A stretch of DNA of 58,758 nucleotides, taken from Candidatus Woesearchaeota archaeon (GTDB lineage Archaea; Nanobdellota; Nanobdellia; SCGC-AAA011-G17; JACPIM01). Position 1 is the first letter of the stretch. Each line of letters opens with the position of its first letter. The notes under the pieces were generated by a model that did no database searches, had not been told where the DNA came from, and saw only the letters and a program-made list of their open reading frames with translations. The translations under genes were made by a program, and so were the position numbers. Positions 10,057-18,075 of this stretch are shown here, piece after piece. The stretch covers positions 1 to 58,758 of the forward strand of contig CAYWEX010000005.1 in NCBI GenBank assembly GCA_964457785.1. The letters are read 5' to 3'.

Positions 10057-11136
10057 ATGAAAAAAGAGATAAAATTAACCAAAGTAATCAAAGCATCTGT
10101 AATTAATCTAACTAATAGAAAGAGAGATTTATTGGATAATGATTATAATAATTATCAGTGGTGGATGATATTTGGTGTTGATAATGGATTATTAAGTTGT
10201 TTTAAAGCAGCAAAAGGATGGAAACAGGAAAAAATCAAATATAAAAATTACTCGTTACCATTATGGTCTTCTTTGATTAAAGACTGGTTTAGAAAAAGAA
10301 AAACTAAATTAACTGAAGACTGGATTAAGATTCCCTGCAGCAAAAGAAAAGGGCAGGGTTTATGGTTGCCATTAAAATTTCATCAAAAACTACCTGAAAA
10401 ATACAAATTAAAAGATTCTTTTCTAGTTAAAAAGAATGACAAATACTATATTTATTTCACAATAGAATTAGATTGTCTTAAGTTGTATAAACCTAAAGAA
10501 GTAATTGGAATAGACTTAGGATTAAAAAATCCAGTTACTTTAGTAAATATCAATAATAAACAAACTAAATTCTTAGGAAGAGAATTAAAGAAAGTTAAAG
10601 GCAAATATTATTATTTAAGAAAGAAGTTAGGACAAAGCAAGAATTTAAAACAAATCAAGAAAATTAGAAATAAAGAGAAGAGAAAGATTAATTCTATATT
10701 GCATACCTTATCAAAGGCCATTATACTAGAAGCTTTTAACAATAAATCAGCTATTGTAATTGGAAAATTAAAAGATTTAAAGAAAAATAAGGGAAGGAAG
10801 TTTAACAGAAAGTTATCTACTTTTTCATATTATCAGTTTACCAAGTTTTTAGAATATAAATCTCAACAATTAGGTATTCCATTCATAAAAGTAAATGAAG
10901 CATATACAAGCAAGACCTGTAGTGTTTGTAACAGTCCAGGTACTAGAATAAAGAATTGGTTTAAGTGTAATACATGTGATTATGGAGATAATGCAGATAG
11001 AAATGCTGCAATAAATATAGGAAAACGGGGTTCAAGCTATATGTTTGGATCAGGGGCAAATGCTTTTGCCCAGAAGCCTATCCAGAATAGGCAAGCACAA
11101 CCATTTAATAATTTGAAAAACAAACAAATTTTGTAA
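10057..11136 (+). CDS. tnpB: TnpB-family RNA-guided endonuclease, compact, rearranged RuvC-II
   Basis: VIGIDLG (RuvC-I), IVIGKL, VNEAYTSKTC, CxxC..CxxC, NADRNAAINI (RuvC-III); start set to ATG 10057 by homology to the second copy. Confidence 0.93.
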   Translation: MKKEIKLTKVIKASVINLTNRKRDLLDNDYNNYQWWMIFGVDNGLLSCFKAAKGWKQEKIKYKNYSLPLWSSLIKDWFRKRKTKLTEDWIKIPCSKRKGQGLWLPLKFHQKLPEKYKLKDSFLVKKNDKYYIYFTIELDCLKLYKPKEVIGIDLGLKNPVTLVNINNKQTKFLGRELKKVKGKYYYLRKKLGQSKNLKQIKKIRNKEKRKINSILHTLSKAIILEAFNNKSAIVIGKLKDLKKNKGRKFNRKLSTFSYYQFTKFLEYKSQQLGIPFIKVNEAYTSKTCSVCNSPGTRIKNWFKCNTCDYGDNADRNAAINIGKRGSSYMFGSGANAFAQKPIQNRQAQPFNNLKNKQIL

Positions 11137-11189
11137 ATTTGTTATAATTGTTAATTTATGTGCAAAGCTGATTTATATAGAAGAAGTAG
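11042..11189 (+). ncRNA. predicted omega-RNA scaffold plus flank-derived guide, element 1
   Basis: hairpins 11054-11071, 11076-11092, 11123-11143; 60 nt (11042-11101) identical between the two copies; boundaries inferred. Confidence 0.55.
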
Positions 11190-11204
11190 TAAAAAGCACT
11201 ATTT

Positions 11205-11315
11205 TTATTGTGCTCTGCAGTTTAAACAATAAAAGAAATCTAATTCTTCTTCATCTTCTTTTATATTATACTTTATTCCGCAGTTTTCACATACTCTTTT
11301 TTTGATTTTAATCAC
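11205..11315 (-). CDS. small zinc-ribbon protein (36 aa, not in ORF track)
   Basis: manual translation VIKIKKRVCENCGIKYNIKEDEEELDFFYCLNCRAQ; two CxxC pairs; GTG start within AGGTGA. Confidence 0.55.
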   Translation of the reverse strand: MIKIKKRVCENCGIKYNIKEDEEELDFFYCLNCRAQ

Positions 11316-11326
11316 CTATTTTTTTA

Positions 11327-11632
11327 CTAACAAGGACCCTTATAATATGATTCTATTTCCATACAAGCAAAACAGCCATTACTATATTCTTTTCCATTAC
11401 TGCACACAGGATCATATAAAGTTATGCATACTTCGGGCTTTTTTTCAGGACATTTTTCTGCTTGCACACATGATTTTTTGTTAAAATTACACAAATAATT
11501 TTCAGGACATGCTGGATTTTCTTGTGAGCAATTATTTTTAGTTAGTATTGAAAGTATAATATCAAAGATTACAATAAAGAAAAAAATTGACAATACAATC
11601 AACAATGTCTTAAATATTTTTTTTATCATCAA
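11327..11632 (-). CDS. membrane-anchored Cys-rich protein with Kazal-like domain
   Basis: N-terminal TM helix; CITLYDPVCSNGKEYSNGCFAC..YYKGPC Kazal pattern. Confidence 0.75.
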   Translation of the reverse strand: MMIKKIFKTLLIVLSIFFFIVIFDIILSILTKNNCSQENPACPENYLCNFNKKSCVQAEKCPEKKPEVCITLYDPVCSNGKEYSNGCFACMEIESYYKGPC

Positions 11633-11771
11633 TTAAAAAATACATTACTTATATAAAAATTTTTCTTAAAGAAATATTTTTGCTAAAAAATTTCAAAACA
11701 AAAACTATTTAAATGAAAAAAAGCATATATTTTATAATTAATTATTGAAAAAAAGAGGTGAAATTAAAAAT

Positions 11772-11861
11772 ATGGCAGCAAGAAAACGAAGAAAAGCAGC
11801 ATCTTCAAGAAGAAAATCTTCAAAGAGATCAACTGCTTCTAGGCGAAAAAAGAGGCGATAA
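11772..11861 (+). CDS. protamine-like Arg/Lys/Ser-rich peptide (29 aa, not in ORF track)
   Basis: MAARKRRKAASSRRKSSKRSTASRRKKRR; GAGGTG Shine-Dalgarno at 11755-11760; hairpin downstream. Confidence 0.75.
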   Translation: MAARKRRKAASSRRKSSKRSTASRRKKRR

Positions 11862-11870
11862 ATTTTTTGG

Positions 11871-11898
11871 AGTGCTCAGGCATTCGTGTTTGAGCACT
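11871..11898 (+). terminator. 12-bp stem with UUCG loop after the basic peptide gene
   Basis: AGTGCTCAGGCA-TTCG-TGTTTGAGCACT (two G-U pairs), flanked by T-rich sequence. Confidence 0.55.
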
Positions 11899-11984
11899 TA
11901 AAGTTTTAAATTATTTTTTTCTAAACAAATTATATTTTTTTATAACAAATTAATAAAATTTATCTGTAAAAAATATTATAATAA

Positions 11985-12968
11985 TTAAGTCCAAGAAAGG
12001 GGGTTTTGTTGTGTTTGATTCTGTTGAAGATTTGAAGATGAGGCTGCATTCTGGCTTATTTGAGAAGCTGATTTCTTTATTGTAAATTTAGAATCTGCAC
12101 CATTAAACCCCACTGTACATTCAAAGTTCATGTCTCTATAATTAAATGCTGCTGTTGGTTTTTTCTTAGTAATCTTTTGCCCAGCTGAAAATAATCCTGG
12201 CGGCTTAGATCTGCTGGTCAATTCATAAATAAAATTATCAAGATCTTCTTTTTTTGTATACAGAATATTAGTTTCTAATAATTTATCTGTGAATCTTACT
12301 TTAATCGGCTTATTTGCACCTTCACAAATAATTTCTGTTATATCTTTATCATAAACCAACGGCTCTATTTTGCCTATGCCAAAAAGAAAATTAACAACAT
12401 AATATTTTATATTTGTAAAATGATCTGGCTGGATATTGAATTTCTTGCCATATTTTGTAATTACTTTCCAGCCTTTTTCCATATTCTTTGGTTTTTTTCT
12501 CAAAACTTTTAGAAGAGCTTTATTATCATTATCATCTATTTGAGGTTCGACTAAATAATATTTATCTGTGACTTTTACATATGCAAGAACCTTGTCAGTT
12601 ACCTTGTCTAAAATTAAATTTTTTTGAATGATTTCTGGTTCTTTTGGTTTTTCTGGAATTTTCTCCTGTGGTTTGATTTCTGGTTCTTTTGGTTTTTCTG
12701 GAATTTTCTTTACTACTGGCTGAATATCTTTCTTTCCAAATAACTTATTCAATAAAGATATGGGGGCTTGCTTAATATCTGGTTTTTGGATTTCCTGCTC
12801 TGAAACTAAAGGAGTTTTTACAAAAGATCTTACTGCTCCCCACATTATTGTCACAAGAACATCTGCTTTTTCTTTAGTTGCTATATCTTCATCCATAAAA
12901 TCAATAATAGACTGGAGCTCTTTTCTATTTTTTTCTAATTCTTCATCAAAAATGAATTTAACAGACAT
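11985..12968 (-). CDS. protein resembling the N-terminal domain of type II/IV secretion ATPases (FlaI/TadA), no ATPase domain
   Basis: YYLVEP, FGIGKIEPLVYDKDITEIICEG..PIKV, TNILY; no Walker A; PEKPKEPEI repeat linker. Confidence 0.65.
   Translation of the reverse strand: MSVKFIFDEELEKNRKELQSIIDFMDEDIATKEKADVLVTIMWGAVRSFVKTPLVSEQEIQKPDIKQAPISLLNKLFGKKDIQPVVKKIPEKPKEPEIKPQEKIPEKPKEPEIIQKNLILDKVTDKVLAYVKVTDKYYLVEPQIDDNDNKALLKVLRKKPKNMEKGWKVITKYGKKFNIQPDHFTNIKYYVVNFLFGIGKIEPLVYDKDITEIICEGANKPIKVRFTDKLLETNILYTKKEDLDNFIYELTSRSKPPGLFSAGQKITKKKPTAAFNYRDMNFECTVGFNGADSKFTIKKSASQISQNAASSSNLQQNQTQQNPLSWT
12630..12709. repeat. intragenic 35-bp direct repeat, 45-bp period
   Basis: GATTTCTGGTTCTTTTGGTTTTTCTGGAATTTTCT at 12630-12664 and 12675-12709. 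Confidence 0.9.
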
Positions 12969-12969
12969 A

Positions 12970-13272
12970 TTATAATTCTTGGTTTTCTTCGTTGTATAAT
13001 GGGGAAGAGAATGATGCTTTTTCTTTTACATATCTTTCCAATAATAGCAAACCACGGGCTATTTTCTTGTTTTGCTCAAGCAATTCAGATAATTTTACAG
13101 CCAAAGGCTCTTTAACATCGCCTTTTTCAATATGAGAAGCTGCTTTTGTAAAAATATCAACTAGAGAATCTACTTTTTTTGCCAATTGATTCATAGAATT
13201 TAGTAGCTCTATATTCTTCTTTTCCAAAGAAATATTGGTTTTAATTAATTCTTTCATTACCTCTTTTGACAT
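12970..13272 (-). CDS. hypothetical coiled-coil protein
   Basis: 100 aa, heptad-like pattern, stop 1 bp from the next start. Confidence 0.7.
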   Translation of the reverse strand: MSKEVMKELIKTNISLEKKNIELLNSMNQLAKKVDSLVDIFTKAASHIEKGDVKEPLAVKLSELLEQNKKIARGLLLLERYVKEKASFSSPLYNEENQEL

Positions 13273-13323
13273 AAAATTATAATTGGGTTACTTATTTATA
13301 TAACTTACTCTTGCCATTTTTTT

Positions 13324-13651
13324 ATGGAAATTAAGAAAACAGAACTTTTGGCAATAGGAAAAAAGCTATTTATCGAAGAAAATGGAGTAGAAATAGCCAG
13401 AGCTTATCTATATTTTCTTAAAAATGATTTACATAAGAAACCTTTTGGATTTATGGAAGATGTTTTTGTTCAAGAAAAATAGGGGAAGGGGGATTGGTTC
13501 CAGATTAGTAAAAGCTGTGATTGAAGAAGCTAGAAATAATGGATGTTATAAATTAATTTGCACAAGCAGACATGAAAAACCAGAAGTTCATAGGTTATAT
13601 GGAGAATTAGGTTTTAAAAATCATGGACTAGAATTTAGAATTGATTTTTAA
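13324..13651 (+). pseudogene. frameshifted GNAT acetyltransferase
   Basis: frame 1 MEIKK...FMEDVFVQEK then TAG; continues in another frame as RGRGIGSRLV..; an apparent 2-nt loss near 13480 explains it. Confidence 0.8.
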
Positions 13652-13692
13652 TCACAATAAATCTTAAATATGATTATCTTTAAAATAAATTT

Positions 13693-14097
13693 ATGTCTAC
13701 GCCACCAAAAAAAGAACCTGATTCCAGGGAATTTGATTATAGGTACAGGGGTTTGGAAGCTATTGCAAAGCATCATAATATAACTGAGAATGAATTAGTT
13801 CTTATTGGAAGGATCATGTCTTTGGCTGAGTTAAATGGTGTTGAAAAAATAGATGAACATGTAAATGTAAAAGGAGAAAAACGTTTGGGAAAGTATGATG
13901 TGTTATTAGCTGACAGAATTTCAAAATATTATTTTGAAGGCAAATTAAGAATTGTAGGATTGCCAGTACCAGAAGTTTTAATTGAAAATGTAAAAGAGCC
14001 TGTTTATTCTTTTACTCAAAATGGCGGATTAGAAATAGAAGTTCATGTAAAGAGACAAGAATCCTGGAGAACAAGACCGACTTACAAAGAAAAATAA
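13693..14097 (+). CDS. hypothetical protein
   Basis: 134-aa ORF with upstream TATA-like CTTAAATA. Confidence 0.65.
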   Translation: MSTPPKKEPDSREFDYRYRGLEAIAKHHNITENELVLIGRIMSLAELNGVEKIDEHVNVKGEKRLGKYDVLLADRISKYYFEGKLRIVGLPVPEVLIENVKEPVYSFTQNGGLEIEVHVKRQESWRTRPTYKEK

Positions 14098-14098
14098 A

Positions 14099-14353
14099 TT
14101 ATTCTTTTAAGTTTCTTATACTACTGGATATTTTCTCCAAATTTTTATTGACTGTAACAAAACCCAAAATAGTTATGCCAGTTATTAAAATAACAAGCAA
14201 AGTATACGGCATCCATTTCTCTAGATTTAATATTAAAGCAGCTAGATAAGCAACTAAACTTCCGGCACCAATAATTAAAACTGCATTTAAATACTGTAAA
14301 TTTTTCTGATATTCCAAATCCAACCTATTTTTTTCCAAATGAGTACTTTTCAT
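14099..14353 (-). CDS. small two-TM membrane protein
   Basis: start reassigned to ATG 14353 (MKSTHLEK), which overlaps the upstream TGA as ATGA. Confidence 0.65.
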   Translation of the reverse strand: MKSTHLEKNRLDLEYQKNLQYLNAVLIIGAGSLVAYLAALILNLEKWMPYTLLVILITGITILGFVTVNKNLEKISSSIRNLKE

Positions 14354-14511
14354 TTTTGTGAAGAGAATATACCTATACCAATAGCAAAACATAAAATTCC
14401 AATAATTACAAACAATAAATTATCGCTTAATACTGTGCCTTTATTAAAAAAGTACATACCAAACAAGACAAGTCCAATTCCACCACCAAATTTGTAAGGA
14501 TTAATTTCCAT
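14350..14511 (-). CDS. small membrane protein (53 aa, not in ORF track)
   Basis: manual translation MEINPYKFGGGIGLVLFGMYFF...GIGIFSSQK; ATGA coupling to the next gene. Confidence 0.6.
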   Translation of the reverse strand: MEINPYKFGGGIGLVLFGMYFFNKGTVLSDNLLFVIIGILCFAIGIGIFSSQK

Positions 14512-14604
14512 AACCTAGCAAATTACTGGCTTGTTTAAATAGATTTTGTAAAGATTTACGGAAAAACTGAAAGACTTTCGGAAATTTTACGAATAAATTT
14601 TTCT

Positions 14605-14934
14605 TTAATTTACTCTTTTTACTGGAAAACCACAGACAAATGTAAAATAATTAGGATTAATAGGTCTCAATGCACTAATATATTTTTCAATTTCATAAGG
14701 TGGTTCTCCTTCAAGAAATTCAGCAACGTTCTTATTTCTTGGTGTTGTTAAAATGATGGCTTCGACGCCTTTATTTATCAAAGTAGAAGGAAGAGAATTT
14801 GTTTTTCCAACAAATCTAAAACCAGAATAATCAGGAACTGCTCTTACTTCAATTCGTGGTCCATTTATTTCTACCTTTGCACCTATATATTTTTCATATT
14901 GTTCTTTGTTTCCTTGAAATAAAGTCAAACTCAT
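14605..14934 (-). CDS. hypothetical protein downstream of thermosome
   Basis: start moved to ATG 14934 (MSLTLFQG), 1 bp after the chaperonin stop, removing the overlap. Confidence 0.6.
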   Translation of the reverse strand: MSLTLFQGNKEQYEKYIGAKVEINGPRIEVRAVPDYSGFRFVGKTNSLPSTLINKGVEAIILTTPRNKNVAEFLEGEPPYEIEKYISALRPINPNYFTFVCGFPVKRVN

Positions 14935-14935
14935 T

Positions 14936-16570
14936 TTACATACCCATTCCAGACATGTCGGGCATTCCGCCTGGCGGCATTCCGGGCATTTGGTTTTTTG
15001 ACAAACCAGATGCTGCAATTACGTCATCAATTCTCAATAATAATTCTGCAACTTCTGTTGCTGATTTTATTGCCTGTGTTTTTGTTTTCAATGGTTCAAT
15101 TACACCAGCTTTCCAGGCATCCATTACTTTGGATGAATTTGCATCAACACCAGCCCATTTGTTTCCTTTGTCATGCTGAACTTTTAATTCTGTCAAGACA
15201 TCAATAGGATCAAGACCAGCATTTTCTGCAAGTGTTCTTGGTATAATTTCAAGAGCATCTGCAAAAGCCAATACTGCAAGCTGTTCTCTGCCAGATAATT
15301 TAGCAGCATATTCTCTTAACTGCCTTGCAACTTCCATTTCAGTTGAACCTGCACCTGCAACTATTTTTCCTATTTTCAATGCTGCAGCAATATCTCCAAG
15401 AGCATCTTTCATTGCTCTTTCAATTTCATCAATAACATGCTCTGTTCCACCTTTTAGCAATATAGTAACTGCCTTAGGATTTACGCAGTCTTTTACATAT
15501 GTCATCTGCTCATCGCCAATTTTCATTTCTTCAACTGTGCCTGCTTTTCCTAAATCAGAACTTGACAAATCAGATAATTTGCTTAAAATTTTAGCGCCTG
15601 TTGCTTTTGCTAATTTTTCCATATCTGATTTTTTAATTCTTTTTGAAGCGTAAACATTTGCCTTGGCCAAGAAATGAGCAACTAAATCATCAACGCCTTT
15701 TTGAGTAAATACAACATTTGCTCCTGACTTAATTACTTTGTCAGCCATATCTTTCAACATTTTTTCTTCCTGGTCCATAAATAACTGCAATTGTGCTGGA
15801 TCAGAAACCTGTATTTTTGCATCTGTTTCTGTATTTTTTATTTCCAAAGCAACATCTAACAAAGCAATTTTTGCATTCTTAACTGTTTTCGGCATTCCTG
15901 GATTAGATCTGTCTTTATCTAACACAATACCCTGAATTAATTCAGAATCATTTATTCCGCCACCAACTTTCTTTTCTAATTTAATATCATCCAAATCTAA
16001 ATCATCATTTTCAAGAACTTGCTTAACTGCTTTTACTGCCAAATCTGCAAGTATATCTTTTGCTGACTCTGCTCCTTTACCAGTCATAGCTGTTGCTGCA
16101 ATTTTCTTTAAAGTTTCCTCATCATCTTTAGAAATATTTTCACAAATCTTATTTAAGATTTCCATAGCTTTTTCAGCTGCCAGACCATATCCTTTTGTAA
16201 TAACAGTTGGGTGAACTTCTTTATCTAATAAAGCTTCAGCATTTTTCAATAATTCGCCTGCCAAAATAACTGCTGTAGTTGTTCCATCACCTACTTCGTC
16301 TTCCTGAGTTTTAGCAACTTCTACTATCATTTTTGCAGCTGGATGTTCTATCTGCATTTCTTCCAGGATTGTAACACCATCATTTGTAACTATAATATCA
16401 CCAACAGAATCCACTAACATCTTGTCCATTCCTTTTGGACCTAAAGTTGTTCTGACTGTTTCAGCCACTAACTTAGCAGCCATTATATTATTTCTTTGAG
16501 CATCTCTGCCTTTGTTTCTTTGCGTATTTTCAGCTAAAATGAATATTGGTTGATTTTGTGCTTGAGCCAT
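14936..16570 (-). CDS. ths: thermosome subunit (group II chaperonin)
   Basis: [40 protein letters not shown]-rich tail. Confidence 0.98.
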   Translation of the reverse strand: MAQAQNQPIFILAENTQRNKGRDAQRNNIMAAKLVAETVRTTLGPKGMDKMLVDSVGDIIVTNDGVTILEEMQIEHPAAKMIVEVAKTQEDEVGDGTTTAVILAGELLKNAEALLDKEVHPTVITKGYGLAAEKAMEILNKICENISKDDEETLKKIAATAMTGKGAESAKDILADLAVKAVKQVLENDDLDLDDIKLEKKVGGGINDSELIQGIVLDKDRSNPGMPKTVKNAKIALLDVALEIKNTETDAKIQVSDPAQLQLFMDQEEKMLKDMADKVIKSGANVVFTQKGVDDLVAHFLAKANVYASKRIKKSDMEKLAKATGAKILSKLSDLSSSDLGKAGTVEEMKIGDEQMTYVKDCVNPKAVTILLKGGTEHVIDEIERAMKDALGDIAAALKIGKIVAGAGSTEMEVARQLREYAAKLSGREQLAVLAFADALEIIPRTLAENAGLDPIDVLTELKVQHDKGNKWAGVDANSSKVMDAWKAGVIEPLKTKTQAIKSATEVAELLLRIDDVIAASGLSKNQMPGMPPGGMPDMSGMGM

Positions 16571-16658
16571 TTTTATTCCCCCGAATTTATTATAAAAATA
16601 AGTAAAATTCTTATAGAAAAGCGGTATATAAAAGTTACGGTTAGCAGGTTTAAAGGAG

Positions 16659-16850
16659 TTAAAAGGCTTTATACAAATCAGCTAATTTAGCTAAAGTATA
16701 ACTAGAAAGCAAGATAATTCCAACTGCTGGAAATAATGTCTCGCATATACCAAAGTAATTATCAATTTGAACTTTAGTCTCTCCTGAATCTTTTTCTCTT
16801 CTAGAATACTTAAATTCTTTTTCCAAAGTTATCGCTGTTTCTAGTTTCAT
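16659..16850 (-). CDS. small hypothetical protein with C-terminal hydrophobic helix
   Basis: 63-aa ORF with TATA-like sequence upstream. Confidence 0.5.
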   Translation of the reverse strand: MKLETAITLEKEFKYSRREKDSGETKVQIDNYFGICETLFPAVGIILLSSYTLAKLADLYKAF

Positions 16851-17011
16851 AGGAAAAAAACTTTTTAGTTAATATATAAAGATTATGACAGAATTAAGAT
16901 ATTTAATTATAAAATGACACAAATAAGTCAAAATTGATATAAGCTATTTGTAATTATTTTTAAGTAGTTAAAAATAGGAAGACTTATAAATTAATATATA
17001 GCTAAAATGCT

Positions 17012-17527
17012 ATGAAATCTAAAGAAACAATTAATAATCCAATTATTCCAAATGGTGAAATGAATCTTGTTAGATCTGACGAAAGAAGAAAATTAGAAGA
17101 TATTTTTCATAGACTAGCTGAAGGCGGAAAAAAACCAATTTATGGTGAAAGAGATCATGCTAAATTTGAAGGCTGGTTTTACAGAATAGAATATGATTTT
17201 TGGAGAGAAACTCCAGATTCTCCTGAAAATGTGGAAATACTTTCTTTTGATGGAGATGAAGAATTTGGATTTAGACATGGATCTGAATTGCAAGATTCCT
17301 GGAAATTAATGTTTAATTATCATATAAGAAGAGCTTATTTCGAAGAAAGTATGAATTTCTTAAGAAGTTTAGATTTAGATATTGCAAGAACACTAATTGA
17401 TAGAGATTTATGGTCTCAAGCAGATGAAAAAAATACTGTTGTTTCAACAAGCATATCAATTCCAAATTTTAATGAGATTTATCAATTTATAAAAGAACAT
17501 ATAGATTATACAATAAAAAAACACTAA
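17012..17527 (+). CDS. orphan protein A1 (paralog of 32757-33278)
   Basis: shared KLEDIFH, YGER.HAKF.GW, IRRAYFEESM.FLR, RDLWSQADEKNTVVST, YT.KKH. Confidence 0.85.
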   Translation: MKSKETINNPIIPNGEMNLVRSDERRKLEDIFHRLAEGGKKPIYGERDHAKFEGWFYRIEYDFWRETPDSPENVEILSFDGDEEFGFRHGSELQDSWKLMFNYHIRRAYFEESMNFLRSLDLDIARTLIDRDLWSQADEKNTVVSTSISIPNFNEIYQFIKEHIDYTIKKH

Positions 17528-18067
17528 TTATAATTCATCATGCGTAACTATAGCTTCAAATTTTATTTTTTTCTTTTCTTTGTCCCAGCTATAAATTATT
17601 CTTAAATTATCATCTAGTCTAGCATGATAACGTTTTTTCCAATTTCCTTCTTTTAAAAATTCATGCAATTTTTTCTGATAAACAGGAGATTCTAAAATTC
17701 TTTTTTCTACAGTTTGAATATTTTTATCAGGATATCTTAAACAATCAGTTTTATATCTATCGCTTCTACTAACATCCTCTTTTAAATTAATGTCCAAATA
17801 ATTTTTATGAGTTTCTCTAAATTTTGAGATAAAAGGTAAGAATTCTTCTAAATATTTTTTTATTTTATTTTGATCTTTTATAACTAAAAGTTCTTTAGCC
17901 TTTTTTTCTATATTGAATTTTAAATTACTATCTTCTATTTTTTCACAAAAAAGCACAAGATCTGAAAAAGTATTATAAATAAACTGAGAGTCATTTATTT
18001 TATTTTTTGCTAATTTAATAACATTTTCAAGAATCACCAAATTTTTGTTATCGTTTTCTGAAAGCAT
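17528..18067 (-). CDS. protein B1: helical N-domain plus C-terminal RelE/ParE-like domain (paralog of 32206-32760)
   Basis: C-terminal HARLDDNLRIIYSWD..IKFEAIVTHDEL resembles the RelE fold; fold call by eye. Confidence 0.65.
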   Translation of the reverse strand: MLSENDNKNLVILENVIKLAKNKINDSQFIYNTFSDLVLFCEKIEDSNLKFNIEKKAKELLVIKDQNKIKKYLEEFLPFISKFRETHKNYLDINLKEDVSRSDRYKTDCLRYPDKNIQTVEKRILESPVYQKKLHEFLKEGNWKKRYHARLDDNLRIIYSWDKEKKKIKFEAIVTHDEL

Positions 18068-18075
18068 TTTTCAAA

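Larger units (their letters stand above)
9879..11169 (+). mobile_element. non-autonomous TIR element 1 carrying tnpB (IS903-like ends)
   Basis: perfect 16-bp inverted repeat GCTTTGCACATAAATT (9880-9895) / AATTTATGTGCAAAGC (11153-11168), 9-bp TSD, single internal ORF, no transposase. Confidence 0.9.

Noticed and set aside
10057-11136. Cas14/Cas12f CRISPR effector, known from DPANN
   Set aside because: No repeat-spacer array or cas1/2/4 in the window; the gene sits inside TIRs with a TSD and is shorter than typical Cas12f.
9879-11169. Ordinary IS200/605 (IS1341-type) element
   Set aside because: Terminal inverted repeats and 9-bp TSDs are not produced by Y1 peel-and-paste transposition, and no shared TAM-like tetra/pentanucleotide precedes the two left ends.
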